DNA of 64,000 nt from an uncultured bacterium (GTDB taxonomy: Bacteria; Krumholzibacteriota; Krumholzibacteriia; Krumholzibacteriales; Krumholzibacteriaceae): positions 457,050 to 521,049 of the forward strand of contig CAVVEY010000007.1 of NCBI GenBank assembly GCA_963747385.1. Direction: 5' to 3'. Both the position numbers and the translations under genes were made by a program. Below, one piece after another: positions 38,278 to 49,136 of this stretch. Within the stretch, counting starts at the first letter, position 1. Each line of letters opens with the position of its first letter. Below the pieces are notes generated by a model. It saw only the letters and a list, made by a program, of their open reading frames with translations. It made no database searches and was not told where the DNA came from.

Positions 38278-38844
38278 ATGAAGAAACTGGCAATGAGTGC
38301 GTTGTTCGTGCTGCTCCTGGTCGGATCTGCCGTCGCTCACAACGGCGCCTTGTCGCTGTACACGGACGCGACGATTCAGGTTTGCAACAGCGATATCGGG
38401 TCGTTCGAGACCGACACCATCAGAATGTACTACGTGCGCGGCACCGGGGTGGATCTCGGAAAGGCATTGGAATTCAGGCTTGAGGCGTCCACCGCCGACG
38501 CGCTGTTTCTCGGCACCGAGTGGAGCTCGCAGGTCGTCCTGACATTCGGAGACATTCTGTCGGGGATAGCGGTTACGGGTTCCCAGTGCCTGGGAACGAA
38601 CGAGTCCGTGGTGTACATCGGCGCCATCTTCGTAATGTACACCGGCTTCTCTTTCCCGCCCGAGACCTTCACCGTGATGGTCAAGGAGAATCCGACTGCG
38701 CAGCCGCCCGCGATCAACATTACGGAATGCGATCCGGATAATACGATCAGGGCCGTCCTCGGCGGAACGTTCGTGTTCAACGGAAGCTGCAATCCGGGGG
38801 TCAAGGAAACGAGCTGGGGCGCCATCAAGTCGCTCTACAAATAG
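38278..38844 (+). CDS. Secreted hypothetical protein (cleavable signal peptide, no family recognised)
   Basis: Track ORF 38275..38844; ATG 38278 follows AAGGAGGA. The signal peptide is KKLAMSALFVLLLVGSAVA|HNG. The mature part is beta-strand-like with 4 Cys and ends ...ETSWGAIKSLYK. Confidence 0.75.
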   Translation: MKKLAMSALFVLLLVGSAVAHNGALSLYTDATIQVCNSDIGSFETDTIRMYYVRGTGVDLGKALEFRLEASTADALFLGTEWSSQVVLTFGDILSGIAVTGSQCLGTNESVVYIGAIFVMYTGFSFPPETFTVMVKENPTAQPPAINITECDPDNTIRAVLGGTFVFNGSCNPGVKETSWGAIKSLYK

Positions 38845-38870
38845 CCGAAAACGCATAAGGGCGTTGCATG

Positions 38871-38901
38871 AACCCGGGATCGAAGGACCCCGGGTTTTTT
38901 T
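38871..38901 (+). terminator. Rho-independent terminator after the secreted-protein gene
   Basis: Stem AACCCGGG / CCCGGGTT followed by a T7 run. Confidence 0.75.
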
Positions 38902-39024
38902 GCGGCGATTATGGATTGGAATAGGGAAAGGGCAAGGCGGCCTACGTCGCATGGGCGGGAATCAACGCCCCAATGATATGGCGTATAATATATATTATGT
39001 TAACCAGCAGAGGCGATCGATCTC

Positions 39025-41536
<2,512 letters not shown>

Positions 41537-41537
<1 letters not shown>

Positions 41538-41788
41538 CACTCCGCGTCCTTGAACTTCGCGAGGTCGACGACGACGTGAAAGTCCTCGCCCGCCCGATCG
41601 AGCTCCACCGCCGCGCCGCGCGTTTCGAAATAATTCATAATGTCCTCCGCCGCCTCCCGGCTCGATACGATGACCCTGATGCGCCGGGCATCGAGCGTCT
41701 TGAAGCGCTTCTTCACGATGAGGAGCGGGCCGGGAGACTTGAGCCCCCGCGCAACGATGCGTTCTTCGTCGCCGTTTCCGGAACTCAT
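41537..41788 (-). CDS. TusA/SirA-like small protein with Ser in place of the canonical active-site Cys
   Basis: 83-aa product at the C-terminal end of the spurious 392-aa track ORF 41537..42715. It has GLKSPGPLLIVKKRFKTL where TusA-type proteins have CPxP. Its ATG overlaps the trxA stop and its stop overlaps the leuS ATG. Confidence 0.6.
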
Positions 41789-42123
41789 CAGGCGGTCCCG
41801 AGAAGCTTCGCGAGCTTCTCCTCGATATCTTCGCGCGAAACAGAGCCGACGGCCTGATCGACGACCTCTCCTTCCTGAAAGAAGAGAAGCGTCGGGATGC
41901 TCCGCACGGCGAATCGCGAAGCCGTTCCTCCGCACTCGTTCACGTCCACCCGGTAGAAGGATACCTTCCCGTCGTAGCGTTCCGCGATATCCTCGATGAC
42001 ATCGTCGAGCTTGCGGCAGGGTCCGCACCATGTCGCCCAGAAATCGACGACGCTCGGCTTCCCCGAATCGAGGATTCTTCCCGGCAAGTCGGAATCGTTG
42101 ACCTTCATAACCTTTGTCGACAT
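41788..42123 (-). CDS. trxA: Thioredoxin
   Basis: 111-aa ORF with the WCGPC active site (VDFWATWCGPCRKL). Confidence 0.95.
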   Translation of the reverse strand: MSTKVMKVNDSDLPGRILDSGKPSVVDFWATWCGPCRKLDDVIEDIAERYDGKVSFYRVDVNECGGTASRFAVRSIPTLLFFQEGEVVDQAVGSVSREDIEEKLAKLLGTA

Positions 42124-42162
42124 ATACCCCCTTCGCCCGGTTCCCTCGGGACCCGCAGCCGC

Positions 42163-43188
42163 TCATGCCGCCATGAGCGGAAATTCCACGTACGCTCCTT
42201 TGAAGGAATGCATGAACGCGCCGACGAGAAGCGCCTCTTCCGGAAAGGAGCTCGTCTTGAGAAGAAGCTCCGCGCGCCGCAGGTTTTCGAGCCACACCAT
42301 GATCTCCCGCGCGGTAAACGCCTGCGCCGCGCGCCTCGAGCGCTCGTACCGGTACCCCCCCTGCCCCACCCCCGCTTTCGCTTTGAGGAGATCGAGAAAG
42401 TGGCGCGTGAGCTGATAGATGATCCCGGCGGGACGTTCCGCCCCGCTGCGGATGATACGATGCAGGATGGCGAGCGAGCGCGCTTCCCGTCCCGGCTCGA
42501 TGCTCTCGACGAGATCGCGGATCGCGTTGAGCCGGTAGCTCCCGATCACGGCCGCGAGATCGGCGACGCCCACGCGGCGCTCGCCGTACAGAAGCGATAG
42601 TTTCACGATCTCGTTCTTCAGATCGAAAAGATCGTCGCCGACGCTGCGGACGAGCGCGTCGGCCGCCTCGGGATCGAGATCGACGCGGCATTGTCTCGCT
42701 TCCTGCGCGACCCATTTCCGCAGATCGGAGTCCGTCAAACGTTCGAAAACGATCGTTTTCCCCGCGCGTCCCACGGCGACTTTGAGTTTCTCGAACTCCT
42801 TCGAATCGCGCGCTTTGCCTCTCCCCTCGTCGAATGGATTATACAGAAATATAACGACGCTAGAAGGAACCGGATTCTCGCAGTAGGAGATGAGCCGTTT
42901 CCAGCTTCCGCGCAGCTTCTCGAGCTCCCGGAGGACAAGCACCCGGCTGTCCGAAAGAAACGGGAACGACGAGGCGGTCGCTATAAACTCGTCGACTTTC
43001 ATCTCGCTCCCGTATGCGACGGAATAATTGAACGCCTTGAGATCCCCGGGGACGATCGTCGAAGCGAGCTTCTCCGCCATCTTCTCCATGATATAGTTCT
43101 CGGGGCCGTGAAGAAGATAGAGGCTCACGATATCCCGCCGCGCGACGTCGTTGAATATCTTCACGTAATGCGTCAGATTCGACTTCAC
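42163..43188 (-). CDS. holA: DNA polymerase III delta subunit
   Basis: 341-aa ORF with HolA-like features (YLLHGPENYIMEK, FPFLSDSRVLVLRE). It lies directly downstream of an lptE-like gene. Confidence 0.8.
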   Translation of the reverse strand: MKSNLTHYVKIFNDVARRDIVSLYLLHGPENYIMEKMAEKLASTIVPGDLKAFNYSVAYGSEMKVDEFIATASSFPFLSDSRVLVLRELEKLRGSWKRLISYCENPVPSSVVIFLYNPFDEGRGKARDSKEFEKLKVAVGRAGKTIVFERLTDSDLRKWVAQEARQCRVDLDPEAADALVRSVGDDLFDLKNEIVKLSLLYGERRVGVADLAAVIGSYRLNAIRDLVESIEPGREARSLAILHRIIRSGAERPAGIIYQLTRHFLDLLKAKAGVGQGGYRYERSRRAAQAFTAREIMVWLENLRRAELLLKTSSFPEEALLVGAFMHSFKGAYVEFPLMAA

Positions 43189-43191
43189 GCG

Positions 43192-43704
43192 TCACCACTC
43201 CTGCGCAGTCGCGTTGAGGATTCCTTCGACGATATCCTTGTACACCTCTTCGAGCGCCCTATCATAGTTCCGCTCCGTCGACGTTTCAAGGTAGTAATCG
43301 CTGTGCGCCTCGATTCTTCGATCCTTCCAGACGTATGTGTTGTCCTTCGGATTGAAAAGGGAAGCGAGGAGAGCGACCACGAGGCGGTACTGATCCGCCT
43401 GGAGCTCGGTGTTGAACGTGTAGGGAACGTTGCGGTAATCGACGACCGTCGCCTCGAGTATAGCGTCCGCCTCCGTCTCCGCGACGACCTTGAGCGTGTT
43501 GTCCCTGATGAGTCCGGCGCGCAGGTTATCGGTGATCTCGATCTCGATATCGGGCTGGGGCGTCTCGTTCGTGAGATTCGGAACGGCGATTCGCTTGATA
43601 TCGCCGGCCGTCCGCCCCTTCGTGCTGTAGTACCCGCACGCCGGGGCGAGGGCGAGAATGGCCGCAGCCGCGATGACGCTCCAGGATCGCCGCATACCGC
43701 CCAC
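43192..43704 (-). CDS. lptE: LPS-assembly lipoprotein LptE-like
   Basis: 170-aa ORF with a lipoprotein signal (ILALAPACGYY). Size and the lptE-holA adjacency support the call; the family assignment by eye is only moderate. Confidence 0.55.
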   Translation of the reverse strand: MGGMRRSWSVIAAAAILALAPACGYYSTKGRTAGDIKRIAVPNLTNETPQPDIEIEITDNLRAGLIRDNTLKVVAETEADAILEATVVDYRNVPYTFNTELQADQYRLVVALLASLFNPKDNTYVWKDRRIEAHSDYYLETSTERNYDRALEEVYKDIVEGILNATAQEW

Positions 43705-43708
43705 GAAT

Positions 43709-45118
43709 CTACTCCTTCCCCGTTTCGGGCGTCTTGAGCCTGTAGCGGATCTTGTCCCGGTTGAGCCGGAGCAGCCGCGCCGCCGCGCTCTGGTTCCCGT
43801 CCGCCTCCCGCATCGCCTTCTCGATGATCTCGCGCTCGACGCCGCTCAGAAGATCCTCGAAATCCATGCCGTCCTCGGGGAACGGCCTGCTGAGCGCCAT
43901 CTCGAGCCTCCGCACTCCCGAAAGCTCCTTTTCGGAGGGCAGCCCCTGCCGGATGCTCGCGGGAATATGCTCGGCACGCAGGACGGTGTCGTCCTCAAGG
44001 AGAACGACGCGCTCGACCATATTCTTGAGCTCCCGGATGTTGCCCGGCCACGGATAATTCAGAATGACGTCGTACGCGGCGTCATCGATCTCCTGAAAGC
44101 TCTTGTTGAACTGCTTGTTGAAGTGGTTCAGCAGATGCCGGATCAGGAGATAGATATCCTCCTTGCGCTCCCTGAGGGGCGGAATGAATATCGGAACGAC
44201 CTTGAGGCGGTAATAGAGGTCCTCGCGGAACGCCTTCTTCTTGACTCCTCCCTCGAGGTCGCTGTTCGTCGCCGAGATGATCCGTACGCTCACCTTGATA
44301 TCCTTCGTGCCGCCGACGCGCCGGAAGGTCATTCGCTCGAGGACGCGCAGGAGCTTGACCTGTATCGTCAGGCTCATCTCGCCGATCTCGTCGAGGAAAA
44401 GCGTCCCCTTGTTCGCGAGCTCGAGGAGCCCCACCTTCTGGCTCTTCGCGTCGGTGAACGCGCCCCGCTCATGGCCGAAGAGCTCGCTTTCGAGGAGCTC
44501 TTCGGGCAAAGACGCGCAGTTGATCTCGAGAAACGGCTGATCGCGCCGCGAGCTGTAGCGGTGAATCATCGTCGCGATCATTTCCTTGCCGGTGCCGCTC
44601 TCCCCCTGAATGAGGATCGTCGTCGTGTCGCTCTGGGCGATGCGCTTCACGATCCCGTAGATTTCCTTCATCTGCGGGCTCTCGCCGGGGACGTAATCCT
44701 CTCCCACGTCGAGCTTCAACCGCCTCCGAAGCTCGAAGAGCTCCCGCGTGAGCTTGCGCGAATCGAGTCCCTTTCCGATCGTGATGAGAAGCTCCTCGAG
44801 ATTGACCGGCTTGCTCACGAAATCAAACGCGCCTTTCTTCATGGCGGTCACGGCGGTCTCTATGTCGCCGAACGCGGTGAGCATTATGACGCACACCTCG
44901 GGAACCTCTTCCTTGATCTGCTTCAGGACATCGAGCCCGCTCATGTCGGGAAGCTTGAGGTCGAGCAGTACGAGATCGGGCAACTCGCTTCTCGTGAGCT
45001 CGAGCGCTTCGGTTCCCGTCGCCGCGGTGAGCGCCTCGTATCCCTCCTCGCGGAGCGTCTTCTCGAGGAAGAGCCGTATCGTGTCCTCGTCGTCAACGAG
45101 AAGGATTACCGGCTTCAT
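43709..45118 (-). CDS. Sigma-54-dependent response regulator (REC, AAA+, Fis-type HTH; NtrC family)
   Basis: 469-aa ORF with REC (ILLVDDED, LDLKLPDMSG), AAA+ Walker A GESGTGKE, the GAFTDA (GAFTGA-type) loop, Walker B LFLDEIGE and a C-terminal HTH (GNQSAAARLLRLNRDKIRYRLK). Confidence 0.9.
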   Translation of the reverse strand: MKPVILLVDDEDTIRLFLEKTLREEGYEALTAATGTEALELTRSELPDLVLLDLKLPDMSGLDVLKQIKEEVPEVCVIMLTAFGDIETAVTAMKKGAFDFVSKPVNLEELLITIGKGLDSRKLTRELFELRRRLKLDVGEDYVPGESPQMKEIYGIVKRIAQSDTTTILIQGESGTGKEMIATMIHRYSSRRDQPFLEINCASLPEELLESELFGHERGAFTDAKSQKVGLLELANKGTLFLDEIGEMSLTIQVKLLRVLERMTFRRVGGTKDIKVSVRIISATNSDLEGGVKKKAFREDLYYRLKVVPIFIPPLRERKEDIYLLIRHLLNHFNKQFNKSFQEIDDAAYDVILNYPWPGNIRELKNMVERVVLLEDDTVLRAEHIPASIRQGLPSEKELSGVRRLEMALSRPFPEDGMDFEDLLSGVEREIIEKAMREADGNQSAAARLLRLNRDKIRYRLKTPETGKE

Positions 45119-47165
45119 ACGATCCTCCCTTCCTTGGTCGCGCGATCGGCAGATATATCCTGATTGACGTGCCCTTGCCCGGCGCGGAAGAAACGGAGAT
45201 GCGCCCGTGGTGGTGCTGTACGACGCTCTGGCTCACGAAAAGACCGAGCCCGGTCCCGCCCTTCTTCCTCGAGAAGAACGGCTCGAAAATCTTCTCCCTG
45301 TCCTCAGGCGCGATGCCGGCGCCGCTGTCCGTAATCTCGAAGCAGACCATATCACGATCCTTCTCCCGCACGACGTCGGGATCGCCACCGTCGTAGAGCC
45401 TTCCCGCGACCGAAACGGACCCTCCCTGAGGCACCGCCTCGGCGGCGTTCTTGAGCAGGTTGATCAGCACCTGCATGACCTGATCGGGATCGACCTCGAC
45501 CAGGGGGACATTATCGTCAACGGCTATCGTAAAATCAATTCCCTTGTTCTTGAACAGGTCGGCGAGCGATCGCTGGCTGCGCTCGATGAGATCCCGGACG
45601 CCCATTTTCTGACACAGAAGATCGTGCGGCTTGGCGACCTTGAAGAGATCGGTGATGATCCGGTTGAGCCTGTCGACCTCGGCGAGGATGAAGGAGATAT
45701 TCTCGCGATGCTCCGCGCTCAGTCCCTGGGAGCGGTTGATGTACTGTATGCCGGCGGCGATGCCGGTGAGGGGATTCCTGATCTCGTGAGCGACCGCGGA
45801 CGTGAATCGCCCGAGAACGGCGAGTCGGTCGAGGTAGCGTATCTCCTCCTCCATCCGTTTGATCTCGCTCATATCGATGAACTCGATGATGGCGCCCTGC
45901 ACGTCGCCGTCCTCCCCCGACAGCGCGGACGCCGTCAGCCTGACCGGAATATGGATGCCGTCCTTGCGCCGGAGATACCCGTCGACATACGTGAGCGGCG
46001 AGCCGCTCTCGAGAACCGAAGATACGAGCGATCTTTTCGTTCCGCCGGCCATTTCCCCGATAATGATATCGTCGATCCTGAGGCTCCGTATCTGCCGTTG
46101 CTTGTATTGGCTCATGTCGCGCGCGGTGCGGTTCGCGAGCGTCACGCTCCCGTCGCTGTCGGCGACGAAAACGCCGTTCAGCATCCCCTCGATGACCCGC
46201 TCCCTGAAAACCTCCTCCTGGCGGAGCTCCTGATAGAGGTACCAGTTTTCCATGTTCGAGCTCACGAGCGATCCGACCGTCTCGAGCGTCACCTGGTCGA
46301 TGTTCGTGAGCGGAGTGGCGCGGTATCCGTCCGTGACGATGAGCGCGCCGAGCAGAGGAATGGCGCCGCACGAGAGGCATTCCTCGCTCCGCAGGTACGG
46401 AATCTCCGCGTGAGCTTCCCCGGGGGGACGAGCCGTTTTCTTGAGCGGGCAGTCCTCATTCTCGTAGCAATCGATCGTTTCCGTCGATTTCATGAGGGGC
46501 ACGCATATGTACGACGTCATGGTGCTCCCCGGAAAAACATGTTCCCCGCCGACCGTGAAAAGCGGATGCATCTCGGCGTCCTTGATGAGGAATGGCTTGC
46601 CCGAGAGGAACGATTCGTATACGGCGCTCGTGAGATCCCCGAAACCGAAATTGAGCACGCGGCGAATGACGCGCGAGGGTCGTTCGATCGTCACGATCGC
46701 CTGGAACGACCTCTTTTTCCTGCGGAGAATGATGAATGCAGCTTCCTTGTACCCGATGCCCCGATTCAGATACTCGAAGACCGAATCGATGAGGCGATGC
46801 TCGTCGAGGGAGCTGATGATCGTTCTCCCGATCTCCTTGAGACTCAGAAGCTGAATATTCTTTTCGACGAGTTTGAAAAGCGATCGCTCGAGGTCGCCGA
46901 GAAGAGTCATGATCATGAGGTAAAAGACGTCCTCGCCCGATCCCTTCACTCTCTCCTCGATGACGAGACCCTCGCTCCTGAGGTTGGTGAGTCGCAGATT
47001 GATCGCATCCAGCTTTTTGCGGCGATCGGACCGACGGCGAACGATCATGGCCGCGGCGAGGGCGCAGCCGAGCGGCACGCAGACCCATACGGGGATCACG
47101 ATCGTGGCAAGCAAAAGCAGGCAGAATCCCGCGGAAATGACGATAAGATCGCGATATAGCCTCAT
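45093..47165 (-). CDS. Sensor histidine kinase (2 TM, GAF-like, PAS-like, HisKA, HATPase_c)
   Basis: 690-aa ORF with H-box FTSAVAHEIRNPL, N-box LINLLKNAAEA and G-boxes DSGAGI and GTGLGL. It overlaps the regulator gene by 26 nt. Confidence 0.9.
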   Translation of the reverse strand: MRLYRDLIVISAGFCLLLLATIVIPVWVCVPLGCALAAAMIVRRRSDRRKKLDAINLRLTNLRSEGLVIEERVKGSGEDVFYLMIMTLLGDLERSLFKLVEKNIQLLSLKEIGRTIISSLDEHRLIDSVFEYLNRGIGYKEAAFIILRRKKRSFQAIVTIERPSRVIRRVLNFGFGDLTSAVYESFLSGKPFLIKDAEMHPLFTVGGEHVFPGSTMTSYICVPLMKSTETIDCYENEDCPLKKTARPPGEAHAEIPYLRSEECLSCGAIPLLGALIVTDGYRATPLTNIDQVTLETVGSLVSSNMENWYLYQELRQEEVFRERVIEGMLNGVFVADSDGSVTLANRTARDMSQYKQRQIRSLRIDDIIIGEMAGGTKRSLVSSVLESGSPLTYVDGYLRRKDGIHIPVRLTASALSGEDGDVQGAIIEFIDMSEIKRMEEEIRYLDRLAVLGRFTSAVAHEIRNPLTGIAAGIQYINRSQGLSAEHRENISFILAEVDRLNRIITDLFKVAKPHDLLCQKMGVRDLIERSQRSLADLFKNKGIDFTIAVDDNVPLVEVDPDQVMQVLINLLKNAAEAVPQGGSVSVAGRLYDGGDPDVVREKDRDMVCFEITDSGAGIAPEDREKIFEPFFSRKKGGTGLGLFVSQSVVQHHHGRISVSSAPGKGTSIRIYLPIARPRKGGSYEAGNPSR

Positions 47166-47182
47166 ATGATCACCGGAGGCCG

Positions 47183-47212
47183 AGTATACGGAGATGCGGC
47201 GTATCCGGTCAA
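47183..47212 (-). promoter_or_regulatory. Candidate sigma-70 promoter for the kinase-regulator pair
   Basis: Minus strand: TTGACC (47212-47207), 18-nt spacer, TATACT (47188-47183). This would leave a very short leader before ATG 47165, so the call is weak. Confidence 0.25.
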
Positions 47213-47280
47213 GAGATTCCGTCCCGGATCGATGCGCCGCGGGGAAAGTGAAATCGGTGAGCGGATGGAGAACTTCGCCG

Positions 47281-48087
47281 TCAGCAGGCGCCCTTGCCCG
47301 TGACGACGACGTAGACCGTTTTGAAGAGGATGCGGATCTCCTGCGTCAAGGAGAGGTTCGCAATGTACTTGAGATCGTAGAAGAGCTTGCCCTTCATTTC
47401 GCCGATGGTCTTCGTATAACCGTTTTCGACCTGCGCGAGGCCGGTGATACCCGGCTTCACCATGAGACGCATCGTAAACTCCGGGACCTCGCGCTTGACC
47501 TGGTTGATATAGAAGGAGCGCTCCGGCCGCGGTCCGATGAAACTCATGTCCCCGCGGATCACGTTGATGAACTGCGGCAGCTCGTCGATTCGCGTCTTTC
47601 GCATGAATCGTCCCACGCGGGTAATGCGGGGATCGTTTTCGCACGCGAGCTTCGGTCCGCCCTTTTCCGCGTCCTGAACCATCGTTCGGAACTTATAGAT
47701 CATGAAAGGCCTGCCGGCGTTGATATCCCTGCGCCTGTCCGCGCCGAACCGTACGTTCGAACCCGTCGCTTCGCTCGCACGGCGCCTCTCTTCTTTTCGT
47801 CTGTTGATCCCTATCCTCTCCTGCTTGAAGAATATCGATCCCTTCGAATCGAGCCGAATGGCCACTGCCGCGACAAGCATGACGGGAGAGACAAGGGCCA
47901 GCGCGACGGATGCGACCACGACGTCGAAAACGCGCTTCGCGACTATGGCGCTGCCGATCCTCTTCGCCGCGTCGTACTGGATGACATCGGCCTGACTCGC
48001 GATATCCTCCGCGAGCGGCTCGAAGCGCCCTTCATAGACGAAGTAATCCCCCGTCCGATCCAGCGCTGTTCTGTGGAAAACCGACAT
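47281..48087 (-). CDS. Polyprenyl-phosphate glycosyl-1-phosphate transferase (bacterial sugar transferase family, EPS priming enzyme)
   Basis: 268-aa ORF with one TM helix and the conserved C-terminal domain (RIDELPQFINVIRGDMSFIGPRP, PGITGLAQV, DLKYI). Confidence 0.9.
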   Translation of the reverse strand: MSVFHRTALDRTGDYFVYEGRFEPLAEDIASQADVIQYDAAKRIGSAIVAKRVFDVVVASVALALVSPVMLVAAVAIRLDSKGSIFFKQERIGINRRKEERRRASEATGSNVRFGADRRRDINAGRPFMIYKFRTMVQDAEKGGPKLACENDPRITRVGRFMRKTRIDELPQFINVIRGDMSFIGPRPERSFYINQVKREVPEFTMRLMVKPGITGLAQVENGYTKTIGEMKGKLFYDLKYIANLSLTQEIRILFKTVYVVVTGKGAC

Positions 48088-48410
48088 CCTTCGAACCTCT
48101 CATATGCTAAATGGCGACATACTTGCGGATAGACCTCTACCGCTTGTTGGCCACCTATTCGCAATTTTTATTCCTGAATCTGAAGCCGCTTACTAGCCTA
48201 AACTATTACATTATATTAACTATACATGTATTGTAACATAAATACATACAAATGTGAAGCAGATTTGCAGGAATTTGTATGCCGCTACAATTACCGATTG
48301 GGACGGAATTTTATGGGATTTATTTCCCTATCCGACGGGCGATATTGGGCAATTTAACCCAGAGCGAAGCCGCGTGCTCTTCGCCGCCGCCATAAGCCCC
48401 TGAATCCCGC

Positions 48411-49136
48411 TCACGAGCCCCCCGGGGTCTTCTTCCCGACTTCTTCCTGTTCGCGGTAGCCGTAGTACTTGTAGTCGTAATAGTACGGAAGCACTTCGGA
48501 GAGATTATTGACGACGACGCCGAGCAGATTTGCGTTCGCGTCAAGAAGGATATCCCGCGCGCGGGTCGCCACGTGGCGGGGCGTTTTCCCGGCGAGAAGG
48601 ACGAGTATGACGCCGTCCACCTCGCTTGAAATGAGCATCGGGTCGCTCACGGGAATCACGGGCGCCGAGTCCACGATCACGATGTCGTAGTAGAAACGTA
48701 TCTTCTTGAAGATCTCGGACAGAATATCCCCCTCGAAGAGGTGGGCCGGAGAGGCGATGCGCGAACCGGCCGGAATCACCTTCAAGTTTTCGACGGGCGT
48801 ATCCTTGACGACATCGAGCGGATCCATCTTCCCCTGAAGACATTCGAGCAATCCCGGTTCCTTCGGCACGCCGAACACATGATGCAGCCGCGGGCGTCTG
48901 AGATCGGCGTCGACGATGAGCGATTTCTTCCCCTTGAAGCGCGCGACCGTGAGGGCGAGATGAGAGGCGATCGTACTTTTTCCTTCGCCCCGGTGGGCGC
49001 TCGTCACAAGAAAGCTCCGCAGATCCGGTTTGCCCTGCAGATGCCTGATATTCGAATAGAGCCTCCGCATCTCGGTAGCCATGGGGCTCTCCTGATCGAA
49101 AACATTGTAGATGGTTTTTTTCTCGTTTTCGCTCAT
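48411..49136 (-). CDS. BY-kinase type tyrosine autokinase (CpsD/EpsB-like ATPase subunit)
   Basis: Internal ATG 49136 (ATGA overlap with the upstream gene) of track ORF 48411..49301. It has Walker A GEGKST, A' LIVDADLRRP, B IVIVDSAPV and a C-terminal tyrosine cluster YYYDYKYYGY. Confidence 0.85.
   Translation of the reverse strand: MSENEKKTIYNVFDQESPMATEMRRLYSNIRHLQGKPDLRSFLVTSAHRGEGKSTIASHLALTVARFKGKKSLIVDADLRRPRLHHVFGVPKEPGLLECLQGKMDPLDVVKDTPVENLKVIPAGSRIASPAHLFEGDILSEIFKKIRFYYDIVIVDSAPVIPVSDPMLISSEVDGVILVLLAGKTPRHVATRARDILLDANANLLGVVVNNLSEVLPYYYDYKYYGYREQEEVGKKTPGGS

Noticed and set aside
48147-48165. Second sigma-54-like element TTGGCCACCTATTCGCAAT on the plus strand in the AT-rich EPS spacer
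   Set aside because: The GG/GC spacing is right, but the -12 box is TCGC rather than TTGC. The element also points away from the sugar transferase gene and into the 3' end of the convergent kinase gene, with nothing to transcribe. I treat it as a chance match unless antisense transcription is observed.
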